Origin: Octopus bimaculoides
Lineage: Eukaryota
Direction of reading: 5' to 3'
Assembly: GCF_001194135.2 (NCBI RefSeq)
Contig: NC_069006.1
Location: 17,959,645 to 17,996,202 of the forward strand
DNA length: 36,558 bases
Shown here one piece after another: positions 12,172 to 24,464 of the stretch. A program made the translations under genes and the position numbers. Each line of letters starts with the position of its first letter. Positions within the stretch are counted from its first letter, which is position 1. The notes beneath the pieces were generated by a model that had not been told where the DNA came from, searched no databases, and was given only the letters and a program-made list of their open reading frames with translations.

Positions 12172-12550
12172 ACATGACTGTGGCCATGCTGGACCACCAC
12201 CTTGGAGGGCTGAGTCAAACAAATCAGCCCTAGTACTTTTTTTAAAAGCCTGGTACTTATTCTATTGGTTTCTTTTACTGCACTGCTAAATTACAGGGTT
12301 GTAAACAAACCAACAGTTTTCAAGTGGTGGTGATGAGGTACAAACACAAGGAAACACATAGACATACTATACACACACACACACACACACACACCAGGCT
12401 TCTTTTCAGTTTCTGTTTTACAAAATCCATTTGCAAGTCTTTGATCAGTTCAGAGCTATTTGTAGAAGACACTTACCCATAGTGCCATACTGTGGGATTG
12501 ATCCTGAAACCATGTGGTTGGGAAGCAAACTTCTTACTGCACAGCCACCC
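12172..12550 (-). mobile_element. SINE family A, full length, CpG-decayed
   Basis: Tail GACTGTGGCCATGCTGG, internal (CA)n, head CCATGTGGTTGGGAAGCAAAC...CACAGCCAC. Confidence 0.9.
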
Positions 12551-12978
12551 CCACGTGACATATTATTATTCTGTGTTCTTACAGTATACTTATTTTTATA
12601 GATAGTTATTGTGAAAAAAAAAAAAAAAATCCTTTAGACTAAGTAGTCAAGCTCTGTTGATATTGCATAAACGGACACATTTCACAGATGTCTAACTAGA
12701 TAGACGTAGTTTATAGGTGCCGACGACATACATAGACATAGCATGTAGATGCTAGATACACAGGTTAGATGTATAGAGGTGCTGTGTTTGTGTGTGCGTA
12801 AACATATTTTCCTGCTTACTGAATCTGTCTTTGGTTAATTTAGCGTGTGGCACGAGTGTGCCAGAAATATGTCCCCCTTCCGAAATGTCTTGAAATGTTG
12901 TTTTGCTTCAGAAAAAGAACAATATACACATGTGTGTGTATGCATATATACCTATGTGTATTTATGTATAAATTTATA

Positions 12979-13011
<33 letters not shown>

Positions 13012-13524
13012 GTGTGTTTTACTCCATTTACTAAATTTTTATATATATATANNNNNNNNNNNNNNNNNNNNNNNNNNNNNNNNNNNNNNNNNNNNNNNNN
13101 NNNNNNNNNNNNNNNNNNNNNNNNNNNNNNNNNNNNNNNNNNNNNNNNNNNNNNNNNNNNNNNNNNNNNNNNNNNNNNNNNNNNNNNNNNNNNNNNNNNN
13201 NNNNNNNNNNNNNNNNNNNNNNNNNNNNNNNNNNNNNNNNNNNNNNNNNNNNNNNNNNNNNNNNNNNNNNNNNNNNNNNNNNNNNNNNNNNNNNNNNNNN
13301 NNNNNNNNNNNNNNNNNNNNNNNNNNNNNNNNNNNNNNNNNNNNNNNATATATATATATATAAACATTATTATTCCTAAATCTCTCAACAAGAGACATTC
13401 AGTAACAGTACCTTAAAGTAAAGATTATCTGCCAACATAATGTGGCAGTCTCAGTTAGGATAAATGTTACTGTTGTTTAGCCCCAGGAAACATGTTGGCA
13501 AATAATCTTTACTATATATGTGTG

Positions 13525-13610
13525 TGTATGTATGTATAAGCACATGGCTCTGAGTTCAATCCCACTGCATTGCATGGTATCTTGGGCAAGCGTCTTCTAC
13601 TATAACCCTA
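13525..13610 (+). mobile_element. SINE family A head fragment
   Basis: CACATGGCTCTGAGTTCAATCCCACTG...TTGGGCAAGCGTCTTCTACTATA. Confidence 0.8.
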
Positions 13611-13611
13611 G

Positions 13612-13806
13612 ACTTCAAGGTAATCATGAAAGGCCTGGTTGGAGGCCCAACCTTCCGAGTTAATTTACAGGGCTTCGAAAAAGTGAAGGGCTACTACAAT
13701 AAGTGTGTGAATCTGAGAAGAGAATATCTTCAATAAAATCATGATTAACTGATCCTCCTGTATTTTCTTTTACCCAAAGCCAGGAACATTTCAGCAGCCC
13801 CTTGTA
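13612..13806 (+). mobile_element. 3' end of a mariner (Tc1/mariner) DNA transposon: transposase C-terminus plus right TIR
   Basis: Frameshifted peptides KAWLEAQPSE and QGFEKVKGYYNKCVNLRREYLQ* match the mariner C-terminal W..Q...G..K....KC......Y pattern; ends AGGAACATTTCAGCAGCCCCTTGTA, resembling a TACGAGGGG-type TIR with terminal TA. Confidence 0.8.
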
Positions 13807-13849
13807 CAAATATTTTATTACACAACTATGTTGTGTAATATGACATCGT

Positions 13850-14105
13850 CTTAGGTGTGTAGTATGCTATGTGTGTACTAGCTACACCTGTCTGTGATAT
13901 TAGCCATATCTCACCTGTACAGAATGATGTGCATACCTTGTTACACTCCTCTGTAGTATAATGTATCATTATCTCACCTGCAGAGTGAGATGTGAATACC
14001 TTACTTCATCTGTCTGTGATGCAGTGTATAGGTGTCTCTCACTTGTGCAGTGTTATGTGATGTCTTGTCACACCTGTCTGTAATGTAGTTATCTCACCTG
14101 TATAG
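13850..14105. repeat. Degenerate tandem repeat of about 60 bp, 4-5 units
   Basis: Recurrent CACCTGTCTGTGAT and ATCTCACCTGT motifs. Confidence 0.8.
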
Positions 14106-14172
14106 TGTGATTGATGATTTGAAGAGGTTGGCGATGGCTTTATTGTCAGCATTGAACTGCGAGCTTCCTGGA
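14106..14172 (+). CDS. Candidate 67-nt exon (VIDDLKRLAMALLSALNCELPG)
   Basis: CCTGTATAG acceptor, GGA|GTTAGT donor, helical-looking peptide. The acceptor lies in a repeat unit and the opposite strand is also open, so support is weak. Confidence 0.3.
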
Positions 14173-14417
14173 GTTAGTTCCACCAAACTCTGACAACGTC
14201 AGCAGTAATGATGACGACACACACGCACACACACACACACACTGCATTTGTAGTCTGCAGGCTGCATGATGCCTCTCCCCCCTCTCTCTCTATCACTGCC
14301 CTACTGCTGCACTGCTGTAGGTAGGTAGATAGGTAAATGATGTTCACTGTGCTACTATGTCAGTTTACACTAACTACAGTAGTTTTGGGAGGCAGGGAGG
14401 ACAAGTATTGAATATGT

Positions 14418-14465
<48 letters not shown>

Positions 14466-15483
14466 TGTGCTCACACACATATATAATGCTGTGGTTGCTG
14501 AAAGGTTTGCATACTGCAACAGCTGTTGCACAACAGCACATTTTAACAGTCATCGGTTGCTATAGGTGCCTCTGTTTCTTGCAGCTATTCTCTCTCTCTT
14601 GCATATATATATTTATATATGCATGTGTGTAGATGTATATATATAATACAAATAATAAATGAGTATATGCATATATACGTAGATAGATAGATAGATAGAT
14701 AGATATATGCATGTGTGTAGATGTATATGTGTACGTATATACATACACACTTACATATGCATACTTGTGTGTGTACATATATATATATGCATGTGTGTGT
14801 AAATGTAGTTGTATATGTGTACATTTACATATATATATATATATACACACAAGTAAAGCCATACAACTAGCTCTTTCTCTCTCTATCTTTATATATATAT
14901 ATACACACACACACATAAGTAGGTATATGTATACACAAACACATATACATATATATATATGTATGTGTTTGTGTATGCATATACCTACTTATGTGTATAT
15001 ATATATATACACCCACACAAACAGACGCACACACCCATGTCTCCACCACTTCGTCCACCACCAGATCTAATGAAGGACAATTGACTTTTAGTGATTTTAG
15101 TATATAGTGCAAAGCCATCTCAGTTATTAATTATACAGTTAATAAGTGTTTGTTAATCATTAAATCTAGACTGGTGGTCATTTAGTACGAGTGAAAGATA
15201 GACAGGCATGTTGTGGATCAGAGAAATGTAGGGTTGTGAAGGCCATGTTGACTGGCCATCAGGTACAGTGAAGGCTGTGTTGTGAGTGTTGGTCATTGAG
15301 GTTGGTGAAAAGCAGGCTTTGTTGTGACTGGAAAAACCAAATATCATTGAATATCTTTTCTTTCAAATAAAATCTGCCAAAATTCTGGGTGTGGCACAGT
15401 AAACTACATCCTTTCATTACTGCAGTGAAATTTAATGTGATACACAGCCCACCCCTTTTCAGTGACTGATGTATGCGTGTGTG

Positions 15484-15541
<58 letters not shown>

Positions 15542-15917
15542 TATGTGTGTGTTTGTTAAATGTGTGCGCATGTGTTTTATAAACATCACATACATACAGT
15601 CACAGCCTATGTATACAGTGTGCTTAAGCAAAGCTCTATATCAGGCTGGTGGGAGGTGTGTGTGTGTGTGTGTGTTTTATAAACATATATTATACACACA
15701 GCCTGTGTATACAGTGTGTACAAGTAAAGCTCTATACTGGGAAGTTTGTGCACCCATGTGTGTGTGTGTGTAGTTTAGACTCAGCAGCAAATCAGTTTGT
15801 TTCTTGTAATTCCTGGTGAAGTAGTGTTGTATAATATGGTTATACATTCTGTCTCCACTGGTCTCTCTCTCTCCTTCCTTCAACTTTAACATCCTCTATA
15901 CACACACATATATACAC

Positions 15918-15971
<54 letters not shown>

Positions 15972-16356
15972 ATATGTATATACTGCCTAACTCTTCCTCC
16001 CTGCCTTCATCGGGGCGGGGGGGTTCTCCAGGTAAGAGTGATGGAGAGATGTTAAACAAACACAACTCTGCATGTGTACTCGTGTACTCTATCTCTGCCT
16101 CTCTTTGTCACAGTATGTATGCATGTATGTATGTATATATAACTCTTCGAAACGCCAGTGTTAAAACGGGGGTAGCTGATGAAGGAAAATGTTCTCTATG
16201 TGGCTTTTGTGTTTTCTGTACTCTGGTTATTATTATTTTCTTGTCTACGTTTTGTTTGCAACATCCTGTACCCAGATATGCACCTATATATACAGGTAGA
16301 CATAGGTATGCACATACCTATACGTATATATGCATATACTCATTTATTATTTGTTT

Positions 16357-16416
<60 letters not shown>

Positions 16417-16541
16417 AATTATGTGTGTACACACTCACATACAATCTTACAGGCATACACATACATACAAACATGCCTTTCTCTCCCACTGAGTATTCTT
16501 CTAACTGCTTTGTATTTCTCATTAGACCTCTACCCGACCCC

Positions 16542-16577
<36 letters not shown>

Positions 16578-16859
16578 CCCCTCTCTCTCTGTATATGTGT
16601 ATGTGCCATTGTTCCTGTAGATTCAGAAACCTATTATCCAGAAACTACAAGTCCACACAGTTGTTTTATATCCTTGCTGATGCTGTGTATACTGTAATTT
16701 TAATATATTATCATGTCTGTGTGTTTGTTACATAGAAGGTCACTCACTCACAGCCTGTCTGTGCGTCCCTCATGTAAAAAAAAAAAATAAATAAATAGAA
16801 CACAACCAGATTCACGCTACCCATGTTGTACCAAAATGCTAAATTGTAACCAAATACTT

Positions 16860-17265
16860 TATAGGTGCAGGCATGGCTGTGCGGTAAAAAGCTTGCTTCC
16901 CAACCACATGGTTTTAGGTTCAGTCCCATTGTGTGGAACCTAAGGCAAATGTCCTTCCTCTACTATAGCCTTGAACCAACTAAAGCCTTGTAAGTGGATT
17001 TGGTAAATAGAAACTGAAAGAAGCCCATGTGTGTGTGTGTGTGTGTGTCTGTCTGTCTGTGTCATGTTTGCCCCTACCACTGCTTGACAGCTAGTTTTTA
17101 TGTATTTATGTCCCCATAACTTAGTGGTTTGGCAAAATAGACTGATAGAATAAGTACCAGGCTTAAAACATAAGTACTGGGGTTGATTCATTGGACTAAA
17201 AATTCAAGGTAGTGCCCCAGCATGGCTGCAGTCTAATGACTGAAACAAGCAAAAGGCAAAAGACT
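16860..17265 (+). mobile_element. SINE family A, full length, plus orientation
   Basis: ATAGGTGCAGGCATGGCTGTGCGG head through CCCCAGCATGGCTGCAGTC...GAAACAAG tail. Confidence 0.9.
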
Positions 17266-17349
17266 TGTCCCATCAGCACAGTTACTTCCAAATCATCAAT
17301 GGTCCTTTATCCAGACAGAAATTTCAAGATTCTACCATCGTCATGAAGC

Positions 17350-18000
17350 CATACACCAATCTAAGGTTCTACTGTCGGCCCCTTATGTAGGATTATGTAG
17401 AGTACCATTGCTGCATAAGTACATGCAACTATGTAGGGTCCTCTGCTGCCTCTTGTACAATACTGTGTAGTGTTCTTTTGCAGTCCTCATACACAGGACT
17501 GATTAGGGTCTTACCGCTGCCTCTTATACGGGACTGTGAAGGGTCTCGCTGCTGCCATCATATACAAGATTATATTAGGTTCCACACATGCATTTGTATA
17601 CAGCCGTAGGGTCGCATAGCTGTCCCATTAACAGGATTTTGTTGGGCCCTACTGTTCCCATACTTTATACAGGATTATGTAGGCTCCTACTGCTGCCCCT
17701 TATACAGGACTGTGTTGGGTCCTGTTGCTGTACCTGATACAGGACTGTGTAGGGCCCTTCTGCTATTGCATATACATGACTGTGTAGGGTATTACTGCTG
17801 CTTCTTATTCAGGGCTGTGTAGAATTCTATTATTGTCCCTTATACATAACTGTAGGGCCCTACTGCTTCTTATAGAGGACTATGTAGGGTCCTACTGCAG
17901 TTCCTTATAAAAGACTTAGTAATCTATCTTCTACAAAGCACCTGTAGGGTCCTATTGCTGCTTCACATACAGGACCATGTAATTATGAAGGCTGAGGTCC
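17350..18000. repeat. Degenerate minisatellite of about 34 bp (consensus near TATACAGGACTGTGTAGGGTCCTACTGCTGCCCC)
   Basis: Recurrent TACAGGACTGTGTAGGG and CTACTGCTGC motifs. Confidence 0.9.
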
Positions 18001-18309
18001 TGCACTGATGCCCTAAATATTTGCTTTTAATTAGACTTTCTCTTCATGTCTTGTGTTTGGGGTTGTAACAGAAGGCTAACTAACCCACCCGCCTCCCCCG
18101 TCCCAGTGGGAGAATGGTAACTGTATTTAGCTGCCAGGGTTTTCAGTACATCTCTGATGTCATGAGGTGTCCCTTACATATATAAAAGCCAACACACACA
18201 CACACTCAGGTTGACAATATGCATACACACAGACAACACAGCCATACACACATAGACATGCAGAACACATACATTCAGAAATACACTTACACATGCGGAA
18301 CATGCAAAT

Positions 18310-18366
<57 letters not shown>

Positions 18367-18599
18367 GAAATACAGTAGACGTGCACGTGCTTACATGGAC
18401 ACACGTTTTGGCAAAGTTCTCTGTCGCAATGTTCCCCAGCTCTCGCCAAGTCGTTTTCCTTTCGTGTCAGCATGTGAGTCGGGGGGGGGGGCAACACTGA
18501 ATACTTCTTTCTTTCTTTCTGTTTTTCCTCCTTCACTTTGATTCCACCCCCCTCCCCACTCTCTTCTCTCCCCCACTTCGGAAATATATAATCCAACCG

Positions 18600-18825
18600 T
18601 GCACTCAACATCATGATCATCATCACCATCATCGTCATCATCATCATAACCATCATCTTCATCACGTCATCATCAACATCATCAACATCATCATCATCAT
18701 CATCAGCATCATCACCATCATCTCTGGTCACAGCAGCCTACCACTGTTATATACTCTTTATTGAACCAGCTGCCATCAGCATCATCATCACCATCATCAT
18801 CATCACCGGCACCATCAGCAGCACT
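18600..18825. repeat. (CAT/CAC)n trinucleotide low-complexity tract
   Basis: Direct reading. Confidence 0.9.
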
Positions 18826-18964
18826 TCCCGGCAGCCTCTCTCTTCCTTATGCCTTCAGCAGCTGCCATATTGCTTGTTCCGACACACAGACATTGCTTCC
18901 TAACTTGCTTTGGTTTCTTAAAGCTTCCATTCTGTCTACATTGTCTACGGAGTGGTGGCGGTGA
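18770..18964 (+). CDS. Possible terminal coding exon (LPSASSSPSSSSPAPSAALPGS...EWWR*)
   Basis: CTCTTTATTGAACCAG acceptor, phase-0 open frame to a stop; partly trinucleotide-derived. Confidence 0.15.
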   Translation: MPSASSSPSSSSPAPSAALPGSLSLPYAFSSCHIACSDTQTLLPNLLWFLKASILSTLSTEWWR

Positions 18965-19622
18965 CGAGAGACTTGTGGTTTTTGGCTGTAATAGTACTAC
19001 TGATAGTACAGGTAGTAGTGCGAGTAATGGCGGTGGTCTTGGAGGGGTTAAAGGATAGTCCAACTCTGACCATCTCATCTTTATACACAAACACAAACGT
19101 TATATATATATATANNNNNNNNNNNNNNNNNNNNNNNNNNNNNNNNNNNNNNNNNNNNNNNNNNNNNNNNNNNNNNNNNNNNNNNNNNNNNNNNNNNNNN
19201 NNNNNNNNNNNNNNNNNNNNNNNNNNNNNNNNNNNNNNNNNNNNNNNNNNNNNNNNNNNNNNNNNNNNNNNNNNNNNNNNNNNNNNNNNNNNNNNNNNNN
19301 NNNNNNNNNNNNNNNNNNNNNNNNNNNNNNNNNNNNNNNNNNNNNNNNNNNNNNNNNNNNNNNNNNNNNNNNNNNNNNNNNNNNNNNNNNNNNNNNNNNN
19401 NNNNNNNNNNNNNNNNNNNNNNNNNNNNNNNNNNNNNNNNNNNNNNNNNNNNNNNNNNNNNNNNNNNNNNNNNNNNNNNNNNNNNNNNNNNNNNNNNNNN
19501 NNNNNNNNNNNNNNNNNNNNNNNNNNNNNNNNNNNNNNNNNNNNNNNNNNNNNNNNNNNNNNNNNNNNNNNNNNNNNNNNNNNNNNNNNNNNNNNNNNNN
19601 NNNNNNNNNNNNNNNCATACTT

Positions 19623-19656
<34 letters not shown>

Positions 19657-20090
19657 AAGTATGTATGTATATATATATATATATATACATACTTCACATA
19701 TATATATATATATATATACATATATATGTATATACATACTTCACACATGCACACCCATATATCTATAGGTGTGTGTGTATATATATGTATGTATGTATAG
19801 AACAATATTATTAATTGTATAATAGTATCGGTGTCCTTATATAAGGCAGTAGGCTTATGATTGAAGGGAGATTTGGCTGCTATTTCATAGCATGTTAGTC
19901 GACCACGTACAAGGTACCTTTGTGGCCGATGGCAATGGCAGTGTCTGTGTGGGTGGGTGAGGGTGATGGAGACCACGGTAACAGTAGATGCAACATACAT
20001 CAGCTATGCACCATGTGTATGTGCATGTGTGCCGCTATACAGTCAGTGGTTGTGATGTTGCAGTACACAGTGGCAGCTGCAGTGTCAGCA

Positions 20091-20103
20091 GTTGCCTAGC
20101 AAC
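20091..20103. promoter_or_regulatory. RFX X-box motif GTTGCCTAGCAAC
   Basis: Matches the palindromic RFX consensus; neighbouring half-site-like CACGGTAAC (about 19974) and CCTGGTAAC (about 20231). Confidence 0.4.
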
Positions 20104-20352
20104 GGTGGTTATTCGTACAATATTGTCATTTTCTCCGGCAAAGGGGGTTACATGGTGCCTGCAAGGTACATCCCCTTCTAATGCATCGCAAACCATTGCC
20201 ACTTCTTCACAACAGGTCTATTCCAATTACCCTGGTAACATGCACTTACCTCCCTCTTTCCCCTCTTCAGCATATATGTGTATGTATATATATATATGTG
20301 TGTGTGTGAGTGTGTGTATGTATAAATGTCTGTATAATGTGTGTATTCATGC

Positions 20353-20395
<43 letters not shown>

Positions 20396-21399
20396 TGTGT
20401 AAGCATCTATGTATGTATATAAATGTATGTGTGTGTATGTATATGTGTGTATATATATGTGTGTATACATATGTATACACGTATATATATGTGTATACAT
20501 ATGTATGAGTATATGTGTATATGTGTGTGTATGTATATGTGTATATATATATATGCATGTGTACATATGTATGCATATATATGTGTATGTGTTTATATGT
20601 GTGTGTTAACACACGAATGTAGAAAGCCACCCCACCCCGCCCCACCCCTCCATTCCAACACCTGAAGATTGTGAGAGTGTATATACATTATACACATCTG
20701 TATATTTATGTTTGATATGCATCTCGTGCTTAGTGATTACCAGTGTATGTGTGCTAAGATAATCGTATATTNNNNNNNNNNNNNNNNNNNNNNNNNNNNN
20801 NNNNNNNNNNNNNNNNNNNNNNNNNNNNNNNNNNNNNNNNNNNNNNNNNNNNNNNNNNNNNNNNNNNNNNNNNNNNNNNNNNNNNNNNNNNNNNNNNNNN
20901 NNNNNNNNNNNNNNATATATATATATATCCATATCCATAATATAACCATATATGTACATATATCAACACCTAATCCTTATCAAAATATATGTATTACCCG
21001 CGTGACAACCATTTCCCTATCACTTAAACTATCTTACCTTTTCCAGCTACTTTTTTTCCCTCACACACACACACACACACATTTTGCTGTTGGTTGTCCG
21101 TCTTCCACCTTTTGCAGTATGTTTGCACTGTTGCTGTAGCTGCAGTTGTAGGAAATTGATGTAGAGATAGAGAGACAGAGAGAGAGAGAGGGAAAGGACG
21201 CTGGACAACTTGCAGTCACCAGAGAGCATGCACGGTGTCTCTGATGGCAGACTCATGAACTAGCAGCGACCGCTGTGGCTGTGGCTGTTGCTGCAGCTCT
21301 TGTGTGCCGTTTGCTGCTGTAGCTCTGTTATTGTTGCTGCAGTTGTGTATGTATGCACGTGTGTGTGTGTGTGTGTGTGTGAAGGTATCATTCATCTCT

Positions 21400-21613
21400 T
21401 CTACTTGTTCCATTCATTAGACAGTGGCCATGCTGGAGTACTGCATTGCAGAACTTGTAGGCGAATGAATCGACCCCCCACCCCACCCCGTACTCTTTTT
21501 TTTTTTTCTTCTTTAAGCCTGGTATTTATTCTATCGGTTCTTTGCCGAACCGCTAAGTTACGGGAACATAAGTACACCAACATCGGTTGTTTAGCAGTGG
21601 TGGGGAATAGACA

Positions 21614-21672
<59 letters not shown>

Positions 21673-22115
21673 GACGGGCTTCTTTCAGTTTCCGTCTACC
21701 GAGTCTACTCATAAGGCTTTAGTCGGCCCGTGGCTTTTGTAGAAGACACTTGGACTAGGGACAACGCAGTGAGACTGAACCCAGAACCATGTGGTTGGAA
21801 AGCAAGCCATGATATATCTTTTACCTTTTGTCTTTTATTTGTTGCAGTCATTGGACTGCGACCATGCTTGAGTACCGATCATAAAGGTTTCAGCCCAAAC
21901 CGCTAAGTTACAGACATGTAAACAAACCAACACCGGTTGTCAAATAGTGGTGGGGAACAAAGACAAGCATAGGGGACCCGCATGCGCGCTCACACACACA
22001 CACCTAACCCCAGCAGGCTTCTTTCACTTTTTCTGGCTTTAGTTGGCTAGGGTAAAAGGTACTTGCCCGAAGTGCCACGTAGCGGGACTGAACCTGTTTG
22101 GTTGGGAAGCAAACA
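21400..22115 (-). mobile_element. Two tandem SINE family A copies (21400-21810 full; 21825-22115 degenerate)
   Basis: Same diagnostic blocks; first copy retains CpGs (GCCGAACCGCTAAGTTACGGG, GACGGGC, GTCGGCCCG). Confidence 0.9.
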
Positions 22116-22305
22116 TTCTTGTGGATTATGAACCGCAGGGTTACATGATCAAATCTGAACTGCTATAGGCTTTGTGTTGTGTTTTTAGCAAGTCTTTTGA
22201 TATATGTTTACTTACATGGTAACACACATCACTAACACACTCAGAAATGGCATTAGCATACACATGAACGAACATGTACCAACAGCACACAACTACATAT
22301 ATCAT

Positions 22306-22356
<51 letters not shown>

Positions 22357-23435
22357 NNNNNNNNNNNNNNNNNNNNNNNNNNNNNNNNNNNNNNNNNNNN
22401 NNNNNNNNNNNNNNNNNNNNNNNNNNNNNNNNNNNNNNNNNNNNNNNNNNNNNNNNNNNNNNNNNNNNNNNNNNNNNNNNNNNNNNNNNNNNNNNNNNNN
22501 NNNNNNNNNNNNNNNNNNNNNNNNNNNNNNNNNNNNNNNNNNNNNNNNNNNNNNNNNNNNNNNNNNNNNNNNNNNNNNNNNNNNNNNNNNNNNNNNNNNN
22601 NNNNNNNNNNNNNNNNNNNNNNNNNNNNNNNNNNNNNNNNNNNNNNNNNNNNNNNNNNNNNNNNNNNNNNNNNNNNNNNNNNNNNNNNNNNNNNNNNNNN
22701 NNNNNNNNNNNNNNNNNNNNNNNNNNNNNNNNNNNNNNNNNNNNNNNNNNNNNNNNNNNNNNNNNNNNNNNNNNNNNNNNNNNNNNNNNNNNNNNNNNNN
22801 NNNNNNNNNNNNACACACACACACACACACACACACGGTGACTTACTGAAATCTGTTCTGAGGGGTTAAAAAATGGAAAAATTGTATTGGACTTTTTTCT
22901 TTTTGTTTTTAAAGTTGAACTGAATCGACAAATTTTAGAAAATAGAAATGAAGCGTGTTTTGGAATCAATTTCCAGAAGACAAGATAGATATCTTGAAAA
23001 TTAATTTGAGTGGTTTCATGGTGTTGTTAGAAAAACGCTTAAAGAAAAAAAAAAAAAACACTCCCACATACATATACATGCAGATATATGCACACACTCA
23101 CACACATAGATATACACCAAAGCCTTAATGTGAGTAAATTTAGTAGCCGAAAACTGAAAGAAGCCCATTCTCAATGGATGTGTGTGTGTGTGTGTGTCTG
23201 TCTTTGTTTACTCTTTGCTCTATGAAAGTCAATACAAGCGGTATTTTTGTTGTTCTTTCTCCTGTCAACAAGTCGCTCATTCGCTTTGCACTTTCAAAGA
23301 CTTGCGAAATAAGTGATGATTGTTTGAAAAAACGGACAAGGGTTAAAAATTGTTGTTCAGCAATATATTCGTCTGACTCATTGCTTGCACGAAAATGATA
23401 GGTGCAAAATGAAAAATGTACGATATATGCATAAG

Positions 23436-23466
<31 letters not shown>

Positions 23467-23544
23467 TTATGTAAGTGTATAAAACTTGTGTATATGTATG
23501 TATATCTGTGTGTGTGTGTGTGTGTGTCTATGTGTGTATGTATA

Positions 23545-23786
23545 TTCTTTTATTTGTTTCAGTCATTTGACTGCAGCCATGCTGGAGCACCACCTTTTAG
23601 TCGAACAAATTGACCCCAGGACCTATTCTTTGTAAGCCTAGTACTTATTCTATCGTTTCTTTTGCTGAACTGCTAAGTTACGAGTATGTAAACATACCAG
23701 CATCGGTTGTCAACCGATGGTGGAGGGACTGACANNNNNNNNNNNNNNNNNNNNNNNNNNNNNNNNNNNNNNNNNNNNNNNNNNNN

Positions 23787-23823
<37 letters not shown>

Positions 23824-24010
23824 CCAAAGTGTACGTACGCCACGATGGGCTTCTGTCAGTTTCCGTCTACCAAATCCACTCACAAAGCTTTGGTCAGCCC
23901 GAGACTATAGTACAAGGCACTTACCCATGGTGCCACGCAGTGGGACTGAACCCGGAACCATGTGGTTGGGAAGCAAGCTGCTTACCACACAGCTACTCCT
24001 GCGCCTATAA
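23545..24010 (-). mobile_element. SINE family A, full length, assembly gap in its internal microsatellite
   Basis: Tail at 23545, gap at about 23735-23786, head ending CCTGCGCCTAT. Confidence 0.9.
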
Positions 24011-24464
24011 TAGTATACTATTTTTCTGTTAGTATTTTTATATATTTTTCATTTCATATATTTTGGGGGCAAATTCTTTGTTGACCAGTACATTCTTTGT
24101 AGACCAAGCATGTAAACGTTACTCGACTTTGGAGTTTTGGAGACAGACGCTCCCTTTTCGCACACAAACACACACATTATATATTAATGATGTACACATA
24201 TACATGACGGGTGTGCATAATGCTGAAATACGCATAAAGTAAACACATGCAGACAAATATAATTTATGTAACAAATTTTTAAAAAATAATAAAAACCACA
24301 ATCAATGAAGAGACAAAAGAAAGAGTAAGATGATACATGTTGATTTTATTAAGAATTTCTGTTTATTTAGGAATCTACAATGAACAGGTCATTTCACAGA
24401 CGCTAAACTATAAATTTCACAGTTTACAACCTTAAAGTTGACACTGATCCGCTCCGCTAAATGC

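Noticed and set aside
12844-12930. Acceptor followed by VWHECARNMSPFRNVLKCCF
   Set aside because: No credible donor before the microsatellite; not placed in a model.
18174-18731. 185-aa minus-strand ORF with D/M runs
   Set aside because: Derived from (CAT)n and (CA)n repeats; the middle part is unrecognisable.
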